Of a DNA stretch of 64,000 nucleotides, positions 8,865 through 17,651 are shown piece after piece. The notes below the pieces were generated by a model. It did no database searches and was not told where the DNA came from. It saw only the letters and a list, made by a program, of their open reading frames with translations. Both the position numbers and the translations under genes were made by a program. The stretch is taken from positions 271,170 to 335,169 of the IMG/VR virus record IMGVR_UViG_3300025121_000011. One strand, 5' to 3'. Numbering within the stretch: position 1 is the first letter of the stretch; the number at the start of each line of letters is the position of its first letter.

Positions 8865-9467
8865 ATGGGTAGTTTTAAGTTTAAGATTGGTGCCGCTGCT
8901 GCTGCTCCGACCGAGCGACATCCTGTGGAAGTCATGACGGACTCCGTAAATCTTGTGGATTTCGTTCGAAACGGTGAGCTGGTTCCGGCTTTCGCCTTTG
9001 CAACGGCCGATGGTCGTGGTACGTCTCCGGAAGTCGTTCCCCTTGATGAGATTGAAGAGTATGCGGCAGTTCTGCGAAAGGCCCTTGACGAGGGCATTCC
9101 GGAGCGAGCAGAAGATGATGAAGGTTATATTCCTTCTTATGTTGTTCTTGCAGCGGAACTTCATCAAGGCGAATACACGACGATTCGAAAGGATGCTTCT
9201 GGCGAACCCGTGAAGCTGAATGGTAAGGTGCAGCGCGATGATCATGGTGTGCGGTACTTCTTCCGGAGTAACACTGGACGGGGTGCGAAAACCCAGAAGA
9301 TTCGGCCTGAGCATTTTGAAGATGTGGTTGGATTCGTTGAGGCCCTGATTGACGAGGTTCCTGGCACCCTTGATATGTGGAATAGGGAGCTTCCAAACAT
9401 TATGAAAGCTCGGGCTGAGGCTGAAGCCAAGGCTCAGACTGAGGCTGCCAAGGCTGCCAACGCCTGA
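8865..9467 (+). CDS. hypothetical protein, probably highly expressed
   Basis: 200 aa; GAGG RBS; double promoter motif upstream and hairpins downstream. Confidence 0.8.
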   Translation: MGSFKFKIGAAAAAPTERHPVEVMTDSVNLVDFVRNGELVPAFAFATADGRGTSPEVVPLDEIEEYAAVLRKALDEGIPERAEDDEGYIPSYVVLAAELHQGEYTTIRKDASGEPVKLNGKVQRDDHGVRYFFRSNTGRGAKTQKIRPEHFEDVVGFVEALIDEVPGTLDMWNRELPNIMKARAEAEAKAQTEAAKAANA

Positions 9468-9514
9468 TCGATACGGATGTGATTGTGTGTGATTGGGAAT
9501 TGAAAATGATTTAA

Positions 9515-9583
9515 GATTCAGTCTTTCCCGGCGATAAAAACCGGGAAAGACATCTCTGCTTCCTCAGATGATCGATTAAACTG
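9515..9583 (-). CRISPR. solitary diverged repeat plus spacer
   Basis: 37-nt element 9515-9551 aligns to the family-1 repeat without gaps (22/37, CCCGG/CCGGG stem kept); 9552-9578 is a 27/27 match to 24782-24808. Confidence 0.55.
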
Positions 9584-9587
9584 CTTT

Positions 9588-9615
9588 CGGGACAAGCTTT
9601 CGGGTTTGTCCCGTT
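9588..9615 (+). terminator. GC-rich hairpin, possible terminator
   Basis: CGGGACAAGC...GTTTGTCCCG inverted repeat. Confidence 0.35.
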
Positions 9616-9729
9616 CCTGCGTTTACGATGTCAAATTTTTGCCGCCCACGCATATGTGCAACTCTAAAAAAATATTCCACATAGTAATATAGGGCTGTAA
9701 GCAAACACCATTTCAAAGGAGATTATCCA

Positions 9730-9972
9730 ATGCGATTCCTGACCAGGCTTTTTTCCGCGATCTCTATTATCCTTGCCGCTCTGACTTCGGCCGTGTTTAC
9801 AGCTATTATCACCGGATTTGTTCTGATGCTTCTGTGGAACTGGTTGCTTGTTGGAGCTACCTCTGTGATCGGAGTGGGGCTTCCTGCAATCACTTGGCTT
9901 CAGGGTTGGGGGCTTTGTTTCCTTTGTACTATGCTTTTCAATAGTCGTTCAAAGATCGGGGCTTCTACCTGA
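9730..9972 (+). CDS. membrane protein
   Basis: AAAGGAG RBS; promoter motif at 9662-9697; hydrophobic helices. Confidence 0.7.
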   Translation: MRFLTRLFSAISIILAALTSAVFTAIITGFVLMLLWNWLLVGATSVIGVGLPAITWLQGWGLCFLCTMLFNSRSKIGAST

Positions 9973-9988
9973 CATCTGCCTGAATAAA

Positions 9989-10064
9989 GGGACGTTAACT
10001 CAATTGGTAGAGTAGCGGACTTTTAATCCGTTTGTTTGGGGTTCGAGTCCCCAACGTCCCACCA
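9989..10064 (+). tRNA. tRNA-Lys(TTT)
   Basis: cloverleaf; GCGGA-ctTTTaa-TCCGT; CCA end. Confidence 0.93.
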
Positions 10065-10170
10065 TTTAATAACGAGCGGTTCCGGAAAAAGCTATCCGGA
10101 TAGTGAGAGTGGCGAAGGTCTCACGAACAAGTGGAGTAGCTTCCATACGATCCTGATCCCCATAAGTTAC

Positions 10171-10250
10171 AATCCGGTGGTAGCTCAGCAAGGTTAGAGC
10201 GCTCAGACAACTGAGAAAACGCGGGTTCAATTCCCGCCCCCGTATTACTA
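10171..10250 (+). ncRNA. tRNA-like element with a 4-nt anticodon loop
   Basis: D arm GCTC...GAGC; CTCAG-acaa-CTGAG; T arm GCGGG-TTCAATT-CCCGC; poor acceptor stem. Confidence 0.5.
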
Positions 10251-10405
10251 CGAAAGCGGTGATGGTGAGCAGCCCGAGATCTACAGTAATAGACGTATGA
10301 GTGGATGCGTTAGAGACACCTGCGGAGTCCTTGAGATGTTGATGTAAGGGTCTCACCACTATTTAACTTTTCTAACATTTAACCCTTTTAACAAAGGAGC
10401 TTCCG

Positions 10406-10804
10406 ATGCCTCTTGAAGATAATGAAAACCTTGCCATGGAATTGGTTCGGGTTGCTGATGTGATCCAAATTTCTATTTCCTACTTGACCAGGCTTGTTGA
10501 ATCCTTGGTAGCTCAAAACCCCTCTGATCGTTCAAGGAATGAAGGTGATGCCATCCTTAAGATGATTAATGAAAACAAAGATGCTCTGGCTGAGGGAGTT
10601 GCCGCTATCTATAGCAAGTATTGGTCTCCAGAGGTAATGCAAGCAGCTATTGATTGGAATAATAGTGCTTCATGCATGGAGATGAAGGCGAAAACAGCAG
10701 TTGTCTCTGCGGAAGTAGAACAACTCTCGGGTGTGTGGATGCAACAGATTGTTGCTTCTGTTCTCGGTTCTGATGGTAATCAAACACTCGATACCCTCAA
10801 TTAA
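10406..10804 (+). CDS. DUF2059-like helical protein
   Basis: IYSKYWSPEVMQAAIDWNNS pattern; AAAGGAG RBS. Confidence 0.5.
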   Translation: MPLEDNENLAMELVRVADVIQISISYLTRLVESLVAQNPSDRSRNEGDAILKMINENKDALAEGVAAIYSKYWSPEVMQAAIDWNNSASCMEMKAKTAVVSAEVEQLSGVWMQQIVASVLGSDGNQTLDTLN

Positions 10805-10834
10805 GATTAATTCTTATACTTAAGAGGTGTAGTA

Positions 10835-11350
10835 ATGACTTGTGTAACTATGTATTTGATTGGTGGCCTTCAGTTTCTTGGGATTATAGTTGGAGTGATG
10901 TTAGTAACCGTACTCATTTTTGCCGGACCTGCTCTATTTTGGAGATGGGCTGTAGGCTTTAGGATGGTTGATTTTATCTGGAATGATCAGGACAAGGTAT
11001 ATAAACACGTCTGGATTCGGAAGAATCCGGGATGGCTTATCAGGTTTCTTGATCGTTTGACGCCAGGTTGGATTAAAAAGATTTCATCTTTTCTCTATAC
11101 TTGGTTTGAACGAACCATGCCAAAGTTGTTCATCATTCTGATGGGTTTACTTGTAGTCTCTATTTTGGGATTTGGTTCATACGGATACTCTCAGCAACAA
11201 GTCTTAATTTCATTCTCAGAAGAGTGTGAATACACTTGTCGAGAGGATGAAACCTCTCGACTCTGGGAAGAAGATGGAGATATCAAGTGTGCTTGCACTC
11301 CAGTTGGTGCAGAGGAAGTCTTTATCCTCGGACATATTCCTTGCGGATGA
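10835..11350 (+). CDS. membrane protein
   Basis: two hydrophobic segments; GAGG RBS. Confidence 0.65.
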   Translation: MTCVTMYLIGGLQFLGIIVGVMLVTVLIFAGPALFWRWAVGFRMVDFIWNDQDKVYKHVWIRKNPGWLIRFLDRLTPGWIKKISSFLYTWFERTMPKLFIILMGLLVVSILGFGSYGYSQQQVLISFSEECEYTCREDETSRLWEEDGDIKCACTPVGAEEVFILGHIPCG

Positions 11351-11386
11351 AATGAAAACCAAGGAAGAGTTTCTCAACTCTTCCGC

Positions 11387-11445
11387 GGCGGCAAAAACTT
11401 AACTGCATCTCTAAAAAAATATCCTCCGTAGTAACTAAGGGGTGT
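11387..11445 (+). promoter_or_regulatory. repeated phage promoter-like motif
   Basis: GGCGGCAAAA...CTCTAAAAAAATAT...TAGTAA. Confidence 0.65.
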
Positions 11446-11543
11446 AAATCCAATAGGAATCGGAGATGACAGTGTTCCGAGCGTAAGAATGTTTGACTCT
11501 CCGATTTCTTTTTGGAAAAACCTTTACTACTCAGGAGTATCTA

Positions 11544-11801
11544 ATGTCTTGTACGTGTCGCGATAACACTGGATGTTCAGTTTGTGATCCTTCTTGGGAG
11601 TCTGATTTGGAATCGTTTTTCGATTTCTCGTGTGAAGAGTGGCCGGATTTGTCCAACCTTCTCGATAGGGAGCCTTGGCTTCAAGATGTGATTGCATCGG
11701 CATATCTCAACGGCGCCATGCAAAAAGATGATGATGAAAATGAAGCGGCTTTTGATCAGTATCTGGCGATAGAAGATTACAACATCGATGACTCCGATTG
11801 A
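11544..11801 (+). CDS. very acidic small protein
   Basis: AGGAG RBS; D/E-rich with an N-terminal Cys cluster. Confidence 0.6.
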   Translation: MSCTCRDNTGCSVCDPSWESDLESFFDFSCEEWPDLSNLLDREPWLQDVIASAYLNGAMQKDDDENEAAFDQYLAIEDYNIDDSD

Positions 11802-11867
11802 AATATTCTTTCTGTATTTCCTAAAGACTGTTGGCAAATAGGGCTTATTTTATAAGGAGAATTACTC

Positions 11868-12158
11868 ATGGCTATTTATGTATCAAATGCTGATAGTGTT
11901 CCAAAGTGTCAGCATTGGGCTATTCTCAAGTTTCAAACAATCCATATTCCCGGTGATGAAAGAAGTCGAACAAATCCCGGGCACGGATATGGTCCTTCTA
12001 CAGAAACCACTTGTTCATATGTTGCATATATGAACGAACAGGAGTGGGTGGTAGAAGTTCAAAAACTTGCGTCCCGAGCATTTCCTTCGGATGACTTTAT
12101 TGCAATCAAGGTAATTCCCGCCACAATTACTACAAAGGTAAGCGTTAGCGTATCTTGA
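11868..12158 (+). CDS. hypothetical protein
   Basis: AAGGAG RBS. Confidence 0.65.
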   Translation: MAIYVSNADSVPKCQHWAILKFQTIHIPGDERSRTNPGHGYGPSTETTCSYVAYMNEQEWVVEVQKLASRAFPSDDFIAIKVIPATITTKVSVSVS

Positions 12159-12262
12159 TGGAACTCAAGATCTTTTCAGAAAAGAATATTTGATATGCAA
12201 AGATTTAGAATATGGATTCATTTCTTTGCATAAGTCTTTTTCTCTTGTCTTTACTTTCTCAG

Positions 12263-12364
12263 CTGCATCTTCTGAAAGCATTTGCATATATGTGTTTTTG
12301 TTGTTTTTTCGTCGATTCGCATGTCAAATAATACATATCATACAAGTGCTTTCAGAAGATGCAG
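12263..12364. repeat. 22-bp inverted repeat with a 58-nt loop
   Basis: CTGCATCTTCTGAAAGCATTTG / CAAGTGCTTTCAGAAGATGCAG. Confidence 0.7.
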
Positions 12365-12433
12365 AGAGATACCTATATCTCCGTTCTCTATAATTGTAGA
12401 TGAGATGTCTCGCATATAAACATCCAAAAGTAT

Positions 12434-12778
12434 ATGAGGAGGGTTGATATGTATTATATCATCTTCGAACGAGGACCAGATGCAACAAAGAAGCTTGTTG
12501 TTGGACCATTTTATACGGTTCTAATCACACTCGATTTGTTGCGAGTAGATGATTGCAAAACCTTGGCATCATTTAGTGGATACACGCTCAATAGTGATGT
12601 TCAACCTTATTGGTGGATTGAATATATTTTTCCGCCAGGGATTGAAGATCATTTTCAAGATATAACTATTTCAATCACTTCTCCCACAAACTCTCCAGAC
12701 GGATTCATCGAACTGGATGATAGTGGAGACAATCCTTTGAGGGCAAACTATTGGACGAACCCTACGTATTCAACCTGA
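12434..12778 (+). CDS. hypothetical protein
   Basis: 114-aa ORF. Confidence 0.55.
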   Translation: MRRVDMYYIIFERGPDATKKLVVGPFYTVLITLDLLRVDDCKTLASFSGYTLNSDVQPYWWIEYIFPPGIEDHFQDITISITSPTNSPDGFIELDDSGDNPLRANYWTNPTYST

Positions 12779-13041
12779 CAAATTGCAACGCTGATGTGTG
12801 CGAGCTATTTCCAGCAGACTTGATTAAGGCACAACGCATCGGATTTGCCGATCTCCAGGTTGGAGATTTGATCTTATCCTTTACTGATGATTATAAGCCA
12901 GCGTGGAATGAGGTTACGTTTGTTTCTCGCAAATACGAATTAATGCGCGTGTATTGGAGCGTAGACAACGGTGAGCGATATATGTGTTGGGGTGATACTC
13001 CAATATACATCAAAAAGAAACTAAAACAGGAGGTTGCATGA
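12751..13041 (+). CDS. hypothetical protein, paralogue of 13366-13665
   Basis: shares ADVCE...RI.FA.L..GDLILS..DD..PA.N.V; start uncertain. Confidence 0.6.
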   Translation: MDEPYVFNLTNCNADVCELFPADLIKAQRIGFADLQVGDLILSFTDDYKPAWNEVTFVSRKYELMRVYWSVDNGERYMCWGDTPIYIKKKLKQEVA

Positions 13042-13057
13042 GTCATTATATGAGTTA

Positions 13058-13342
13058 GTATTAATGGGGCCCGGCTTCTGTCGCCGGGAAGGACGAAGTA
13101 TCCGAAGGATTTACGACCGAGAAAAGCTGTTGCTTCAATGGGGCCCGGCTTCTGTCGCCGGGAAGGACTTGAAGAGAAGGGTCCGAAGGATTTGAGACCA
13201 GGAGCTTCAATAGAGGGCCTAAGTCTGCAAGGAACACATCTTTAATCTTATTATATCTCTGCTTCCATAGGTTAGCGAGTCCCTTCCGATAAGGAAGGGA
13301 CTCTGTCTATCTTCAACAGGGGACTTCTGCTGCCGGGAAGAA
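13058..13342 (-). CRISPR. CRISPR mini-array (type I-G/I-C-like 37-nt repeat), no cas genes nearby
   Basis: repeat GTCCTTCCCGGCGACAGAAGCCGGGCCCCATTGAAGC (minus strand) at 13132-13168 and at 13058-13094 (decayed 3' end); spacers of 37 and 35 nt; degenerate repeats at 13204-13231 and 13310-13342. Confidence 0.85.
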
Positions 13343-13365
13343 ATAAGAATAGGAGGTTGTAAGTT

Positions 13366-13665
13366 ATGAGTCACTATTGGAGGTTTAACTCTCAGGATTC
13401 TCATGCAGATGTGTGTGAAGATTATGGAGTAGAACAACTTGGAGTAACACGCATTCGATTTGCCTATCTTAAATTTGGAGATCTAATTCTGTCTATTGAT
13501 GACGATAATAGACCTGCTTATAACTTAGTGGTTTATGTTTTACTAAAGGAAGACAAGGTAATTTGGGAAGTAGAAGGTGTTCGATATATATCTTCAAAAG
13601 AAAGCGCGGTGTATGTAGACAGCGCAGTGCATGTTAAAAATCGAGAAGCAGAAACAAACGGCTGA
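13366..13665 (+). CDS. hypothetical protein, paralogue of 12751-13041
   Basis: AGGAGG RBS; sequence similarity to 12751. Confidence 0.65.
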   Translation: MSHYWRFNSQDSHADVCEDYGVEQLGVTRIRFAYLKFGDLILSIDDDNRPAYNLVVYVLLKEDKVIWEVEGVRYISSKESAVYVDSAVHVKNREAETNG

Positions 13666-15035
13666 TTGATTCTTTGGCGGAAAATTTTAACGCAATATCC
13701 GGCATGATTCTTGCTTGATGCAATATCCATGCCGACCATACAAATCCCAGGCGGCAAAACCTTTACACCAGCTACAGTCGACACTGGGTACAAAAACTTT
13801 GCAGCACAAACAATCCATGGCGGCAAAAGTTTGTCATGCGCATTATTCAACTGGATACAAAAACTTTGCACAAGATATAACCAACTCTTATACATCATCA
13901 TCTTATAAAAAAAATCATGAAGCTAATACAAGGCTGTAAATAGAACGGATTGGTTAGCAATCCATTGGATTGCCTTGATTAATACTAAGGGAGAGTTTCA
14001 GTTATGACATCAATAATCTTTGGCATCATTGCTGCAATGCTTTTTCTGGTATTATTCGTTCTTCTGCTTTATGAGCTTGATACTTTTTATCGAGGACTGC
14101 TCGCAGAGTTTGTGGAGTGGATGGCACAACGACCAAAACGACCAAAGAAATAACAAAGAAAGAATTAAAAAAGAATGGAGTTGATCTTAACTCTCAGCTT
14201 TCTTTATTTGCTGTGGTATTTATTTATTTTTAGAGGAGAATAACATGATGGAATTTTTTCTTATTCTTTTTTTGTGGTTTGGATTCGTCTCTATTCTATA
14301 CTTGCTTTCTGTTATCAGAGGAAATAGAGGAGACGAAGACTGATTACCCATTTGATACCCGTTTGGTCGTAATCCTTTTTGAATAGGGAGCGTAAATGTT
14401 CTGGAAACTTTTGCCGTTGATTATGGTTATCATTTTAACTGCACCTTACTTTTATAACTCGTACAAAGAATCTCTCATTAGAAAGAAGATTCCTGGGAAT
14501 AAAGACTTTTCTGAGGATGGGACTTTTTCTGAGTAATCGACTTTTTCTGAGAATGAAAAGTTTTTAAAGGGGGGGGGGTGCAGTTTTAAAAGTTAAAAGT
14601 AACTGAGTAACGGTTGAAAACTGACCCAGGTACCTTTCTAACTTTATAAAAATATTTACTCCTTTTTATTAAAGCATCGCTGCAAATGCATACCTAAATG
14701 CATACCTAAAAAATATAATCTGGAAATATTTAAAGAAATATCATACAACCTATTCACAGACATGAACATGCGTTTTCTTTCTACTGACACTCGCTTCAAA
14801 CACTCTCCTAAAGAAAGTGAAAGAGTATTTATTACTGAGAGTGAGGATTTGCAGAATAAGCCGTAGAATCATTGTGATACTGTTATTAACAAAAAAGATG
14901 ATCAACGTGTGCGAACATATCACACAGAGTTTCCAGAGTTTCATTAAGGTCCGTATACAGATACGCATATCCGAAAATATATTCTGGAAATTTTTTTTCC
15001 AGATATTTATATAAGACATTCATACGGAAATACTC

Positions 15036-15257
15036 ATGCAAACTATAATCATTCGTATCGCAGACTCTGAATGCGAAGCGGAAGACTCGAATAATTACTC
15101 CGTCATTACCGTTAACCGAGACTATCTTACTTCGGTATTAAAAATACTGAATGAAAGTAACCTGGTTCAGTATTTCTATGTCTCTGATGGAGTTAACTTG
15201 TTTGATCAAGTTTCGCTGGGATATGATCACAATGCTTATCCAAAGTTGGTTAAGTAA
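15036..15257 (+). CDS. hypothetical protein, tandem duplicate 1
   Basis: closely similar to 15328-15564 (YSVITV.R.YLT...YFYVSDGV.LFDQ..LGYD.NAYPK). Confidence 0.7.
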   Translation: MQTIIIRIADSECEAEDSNNYSVITVNRDYLTSVLKILNESNLVQYFYVSDGVNLFDQVSLGYDHNAYPKLVK

Positions 15258-15327
15258 CCTTTGGTGGATTAAGTGACTTTTAACTCTCTTTAGGTAAATA
15301 CAAATTCTCATTCATACGGAGATACTC

Positions 15328-15564
15328 ATGCAAATGGTAATTATTCGCGTCGCATACTTTTCTTTCTACTTTGAAGGTCTAAAAGTAGAAGGGCAAAAGG
15401 GTTATTCGGTCATTACCGTTGAACGATCATATCTTACTCCGATGTTGGAAATGCTGAACGCAAGTGATCGTGTCGAGTATTTCTATGTCTCTGATGGAGT
15501 TGGATTGTTTGATCAGGCTGCGTTAGGATATGATCGCAATGCTTATCCAAAGTGGGCTTACTAA
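15328..15564 (+). CDS. hypothetical protein, tandem duplicate 2
   Basis: paralogue of 15036, including the upstream CATTCATACGGA leader. Confidence 0.7.
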   Translation: MQMVIIRVAYFSFYFEGLKVEGQKGYSVITVERSYLTPMLEMLNASDRVEYFYVSDGVGLFDQAALGYDRNAYPKWAY

Positions 15565-15852
15565 CCTTTAGTGGATTAACTAACCTTTTCGCAAGTTTCC
15601 GCTGAGTCTCGACGCAGAATAACAAGGAGAATAAAGCTATGAAAATTTATATCATTGCAATGTCTGATAACGGTGGATGTTGGATTCCCGGATCGGAATT
15701 TTTTTCAATTTTTGCAATGCAGAAAAAGCTTTAGCTCTCCGCAAGGAGAAGAAACCTTATCTCTGAATCTATACTCTTCGCGCTGTTGATTCTGAAACTC
15801 CCGCTCTTTAGACATGGGCACATATGCGTTCATTTAACCGTAGGAGTATAAA

Positions 15853-16074
15853 ATGTTTTTTCTTTCCAATGCCAGTCTATCGACTCTGATGGATTTGGAG
15901 CTGATGACTTACTTTGATCATAAGAGGGCTCCGGATGATAAGCACGAGGGCGCCTCTAAAAATTATCGAGCTGTTATAACGGAATTGAAACGTCGTGGTA
16001 TTAAACCGCGGGATTTTACAGATCAGTCTGATTATGGTTTCAATCTTTGGGAAAATCAACTGAAATTGGACTAA
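15853..16074 (+). CDS. hypothetical protein
   Basis: AGGAG RBS; resembles the C-terminal domain of 16140. Confidence 0.6.
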   Translation: MFFLSNASLSTLMDLELMTYFDHKRAPDDKHEGASKNYRAVITELKRRGIKPRDFTDQSDYGFNLWENQLKLD

Positions 16075-16139
16075 GCAGAATAGTTAGTGTATGGTTGGAA
16101 GATTTTTTGAAAAGATTACGTTCTTAAGGAGATACACGC

Positions 16140-16736
16140 ATGCCTACTTATCGAATTCCATACACTTTAAGTATGAATAATACTATTCGCACTTTATATA
16201 TGTCTGTGCATGGAGATAACTTGTGTAACGCAGAAAAGACTTTAGAAGAATCTTTTCTTTCTCAAAGCCTTATGGGTAGAGATATTTTATATGGACAAGG
16301 GGTAGAGAAATCTTGTGTGCATATCCCACAAAAGGGCGATCAAGTCTTTATTCTAAAAGACGATTCTCTGCCTAAATCAATTTGGCATAAAATCGGCACT
16401 ATTGATTCTGAACCTATTTCCATTGGAGAAGATGGAGAAGCCAACGGTTCTTATCTGGTTCATTTTACATCGGATACCGAAGGGTATAAGATTCATGTAA
16501 GTCTATTTCATCTGATGAAGGCAGAACCTCTTAAAGAGATCAGCGACTCTGATCTTAAGAGTTTAGAAATACAGGTTTATTACGATTATAAAGCATCTAT
16601 CTCTTCGGGCGGAGAAGGAGTGAGAAGGGCTATTGAAAATTTACAAACACTGCAATGTGAAATGGATCGTCGCAATCTGTCACACGCAGATGCCACAAAT
16701 TTTTTTAAAGTTGTTCCTTGGAAACCACTTGATTGA
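16140..16736 (+). CDS. modular hypothetical protein
   Basis: AAGGAG RBS; 198 aa. Confidence 0.7.
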   Translation: MPTYRIPYTLSMNNTIRTLYMSVHGDNLCNAEKTLEESFLSQSLMGRDILYGQGVEKSCVHIPQKGDQVFILKDDSLPKSIWHKIGTIDSEPISIGEDGEANGSYLVHFTSDTEGYKIHVSLFHLMKAEPLKEISDSDLKSLEIQVYYDYKASISSGGEGVRRAIENLQTLQCEMDRRNLSHADATNFFKVVPWKPLD

Positions 16737-16945
16737 AACCACTTAGTTAATATTTCTAAATGTGCATGTATGCGCAGAGGCGAGTTTTAGATTTATAACA
16801 ATCTCTGTGCATAAACTTAGACACTTTTTATTGACTTCTTTATAATCTCTTTTTAATCCGAACTGAGTTTTCATTCTTTATTCAAACTTTAGAAAACTCA
16901 GATGCACGTAACGATTACTTTTAATAACTCTTAAGGAGGGCCACC

Positions 16946-17302
16946 ATGGATAAAGCTTTAGAGGATAAATTTCTAGAAATTATTGAACAGATTCAAAATC
17001 TTCTTTCCAAAATTGATTTTAATACTGGTTCTAGACTTGTAAATGTTCTATATCCTGATGGCATCTGGAATAAAGATGGTAAACATTTAAGCCTTCAGAC
17101 TGGAGAAATGCCAAGAGTTGGCGATCATATCAATCTTTATGTGGATGGATCGTGGCAAACCTTCCGCGTGGCAGATAAGATATTTGCTCCGGGTTGTACT
17201 CCTCACCTTAGTCTCCATTTGACTTATCCTAATGATTCAGTAATTAAAGTACAAGCAAGACAAGAAGCGGAAGCAGAGAGGTTTATGAGTAGTCATGGGT
17301 AA
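16946..17302 (+). CDS. hypothetical protein
   Basis: TAAGGAGG RBS. Confidence 0.7.
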   Translation: MDKALEDKFLEIIEQIQNLLSKIDFNTGSRLVNVLYPDGIWNKDGKHLSLQTGEMPRVGDHINLYVDGSWQTFRVADKIFAPGCTPHLSLHLTYPNDSVIKVQARQEAEAERFMSSHG

Positions 17303-17651
17303 TCTTTGTAAAACCGGAAAGGCTCGACAAATCGTATATGATGCTATTAAATATGTTCGAGAAACGGGCGAATCTAAGTGGGTTACGTTTGGGAAAAAAC
17401 GTATAAAGATTTATAGAGATAAAGGCTCCGCATACACAAACTCAGAACCTCCTGATAGTTTTGAGTTTGTTGGAAACGAACCTTGCGGCTGGCATCTTGT
17501 TAAACATCATGGACGTGTAATTTTGACTGATGTTTATTCAAAGGATTATACATGGTGCTATCCCCCGGGCTCAAAAACCGCTTGTGTTATTCGACAAAAA
17601 GATCTATTAGCATATGTCCATCAAATTTATGACCGTAACTCGGAAGATTAA
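17295..17651 (+). CDS. hypothetical protein
   Basis: overlaps the upstream stop. Confidence 0.6.
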   Translation: MGNLCKTGKARQIVYDAIKYVRETGESKWVTFGKKRIKIYRDKGSAYTNSEPPDSFEFVGNEPCGWHLVKHHGRVILTDVYSKDYTWCYPPGSKTACVIRQKDLLAYVHQIYDRNSED

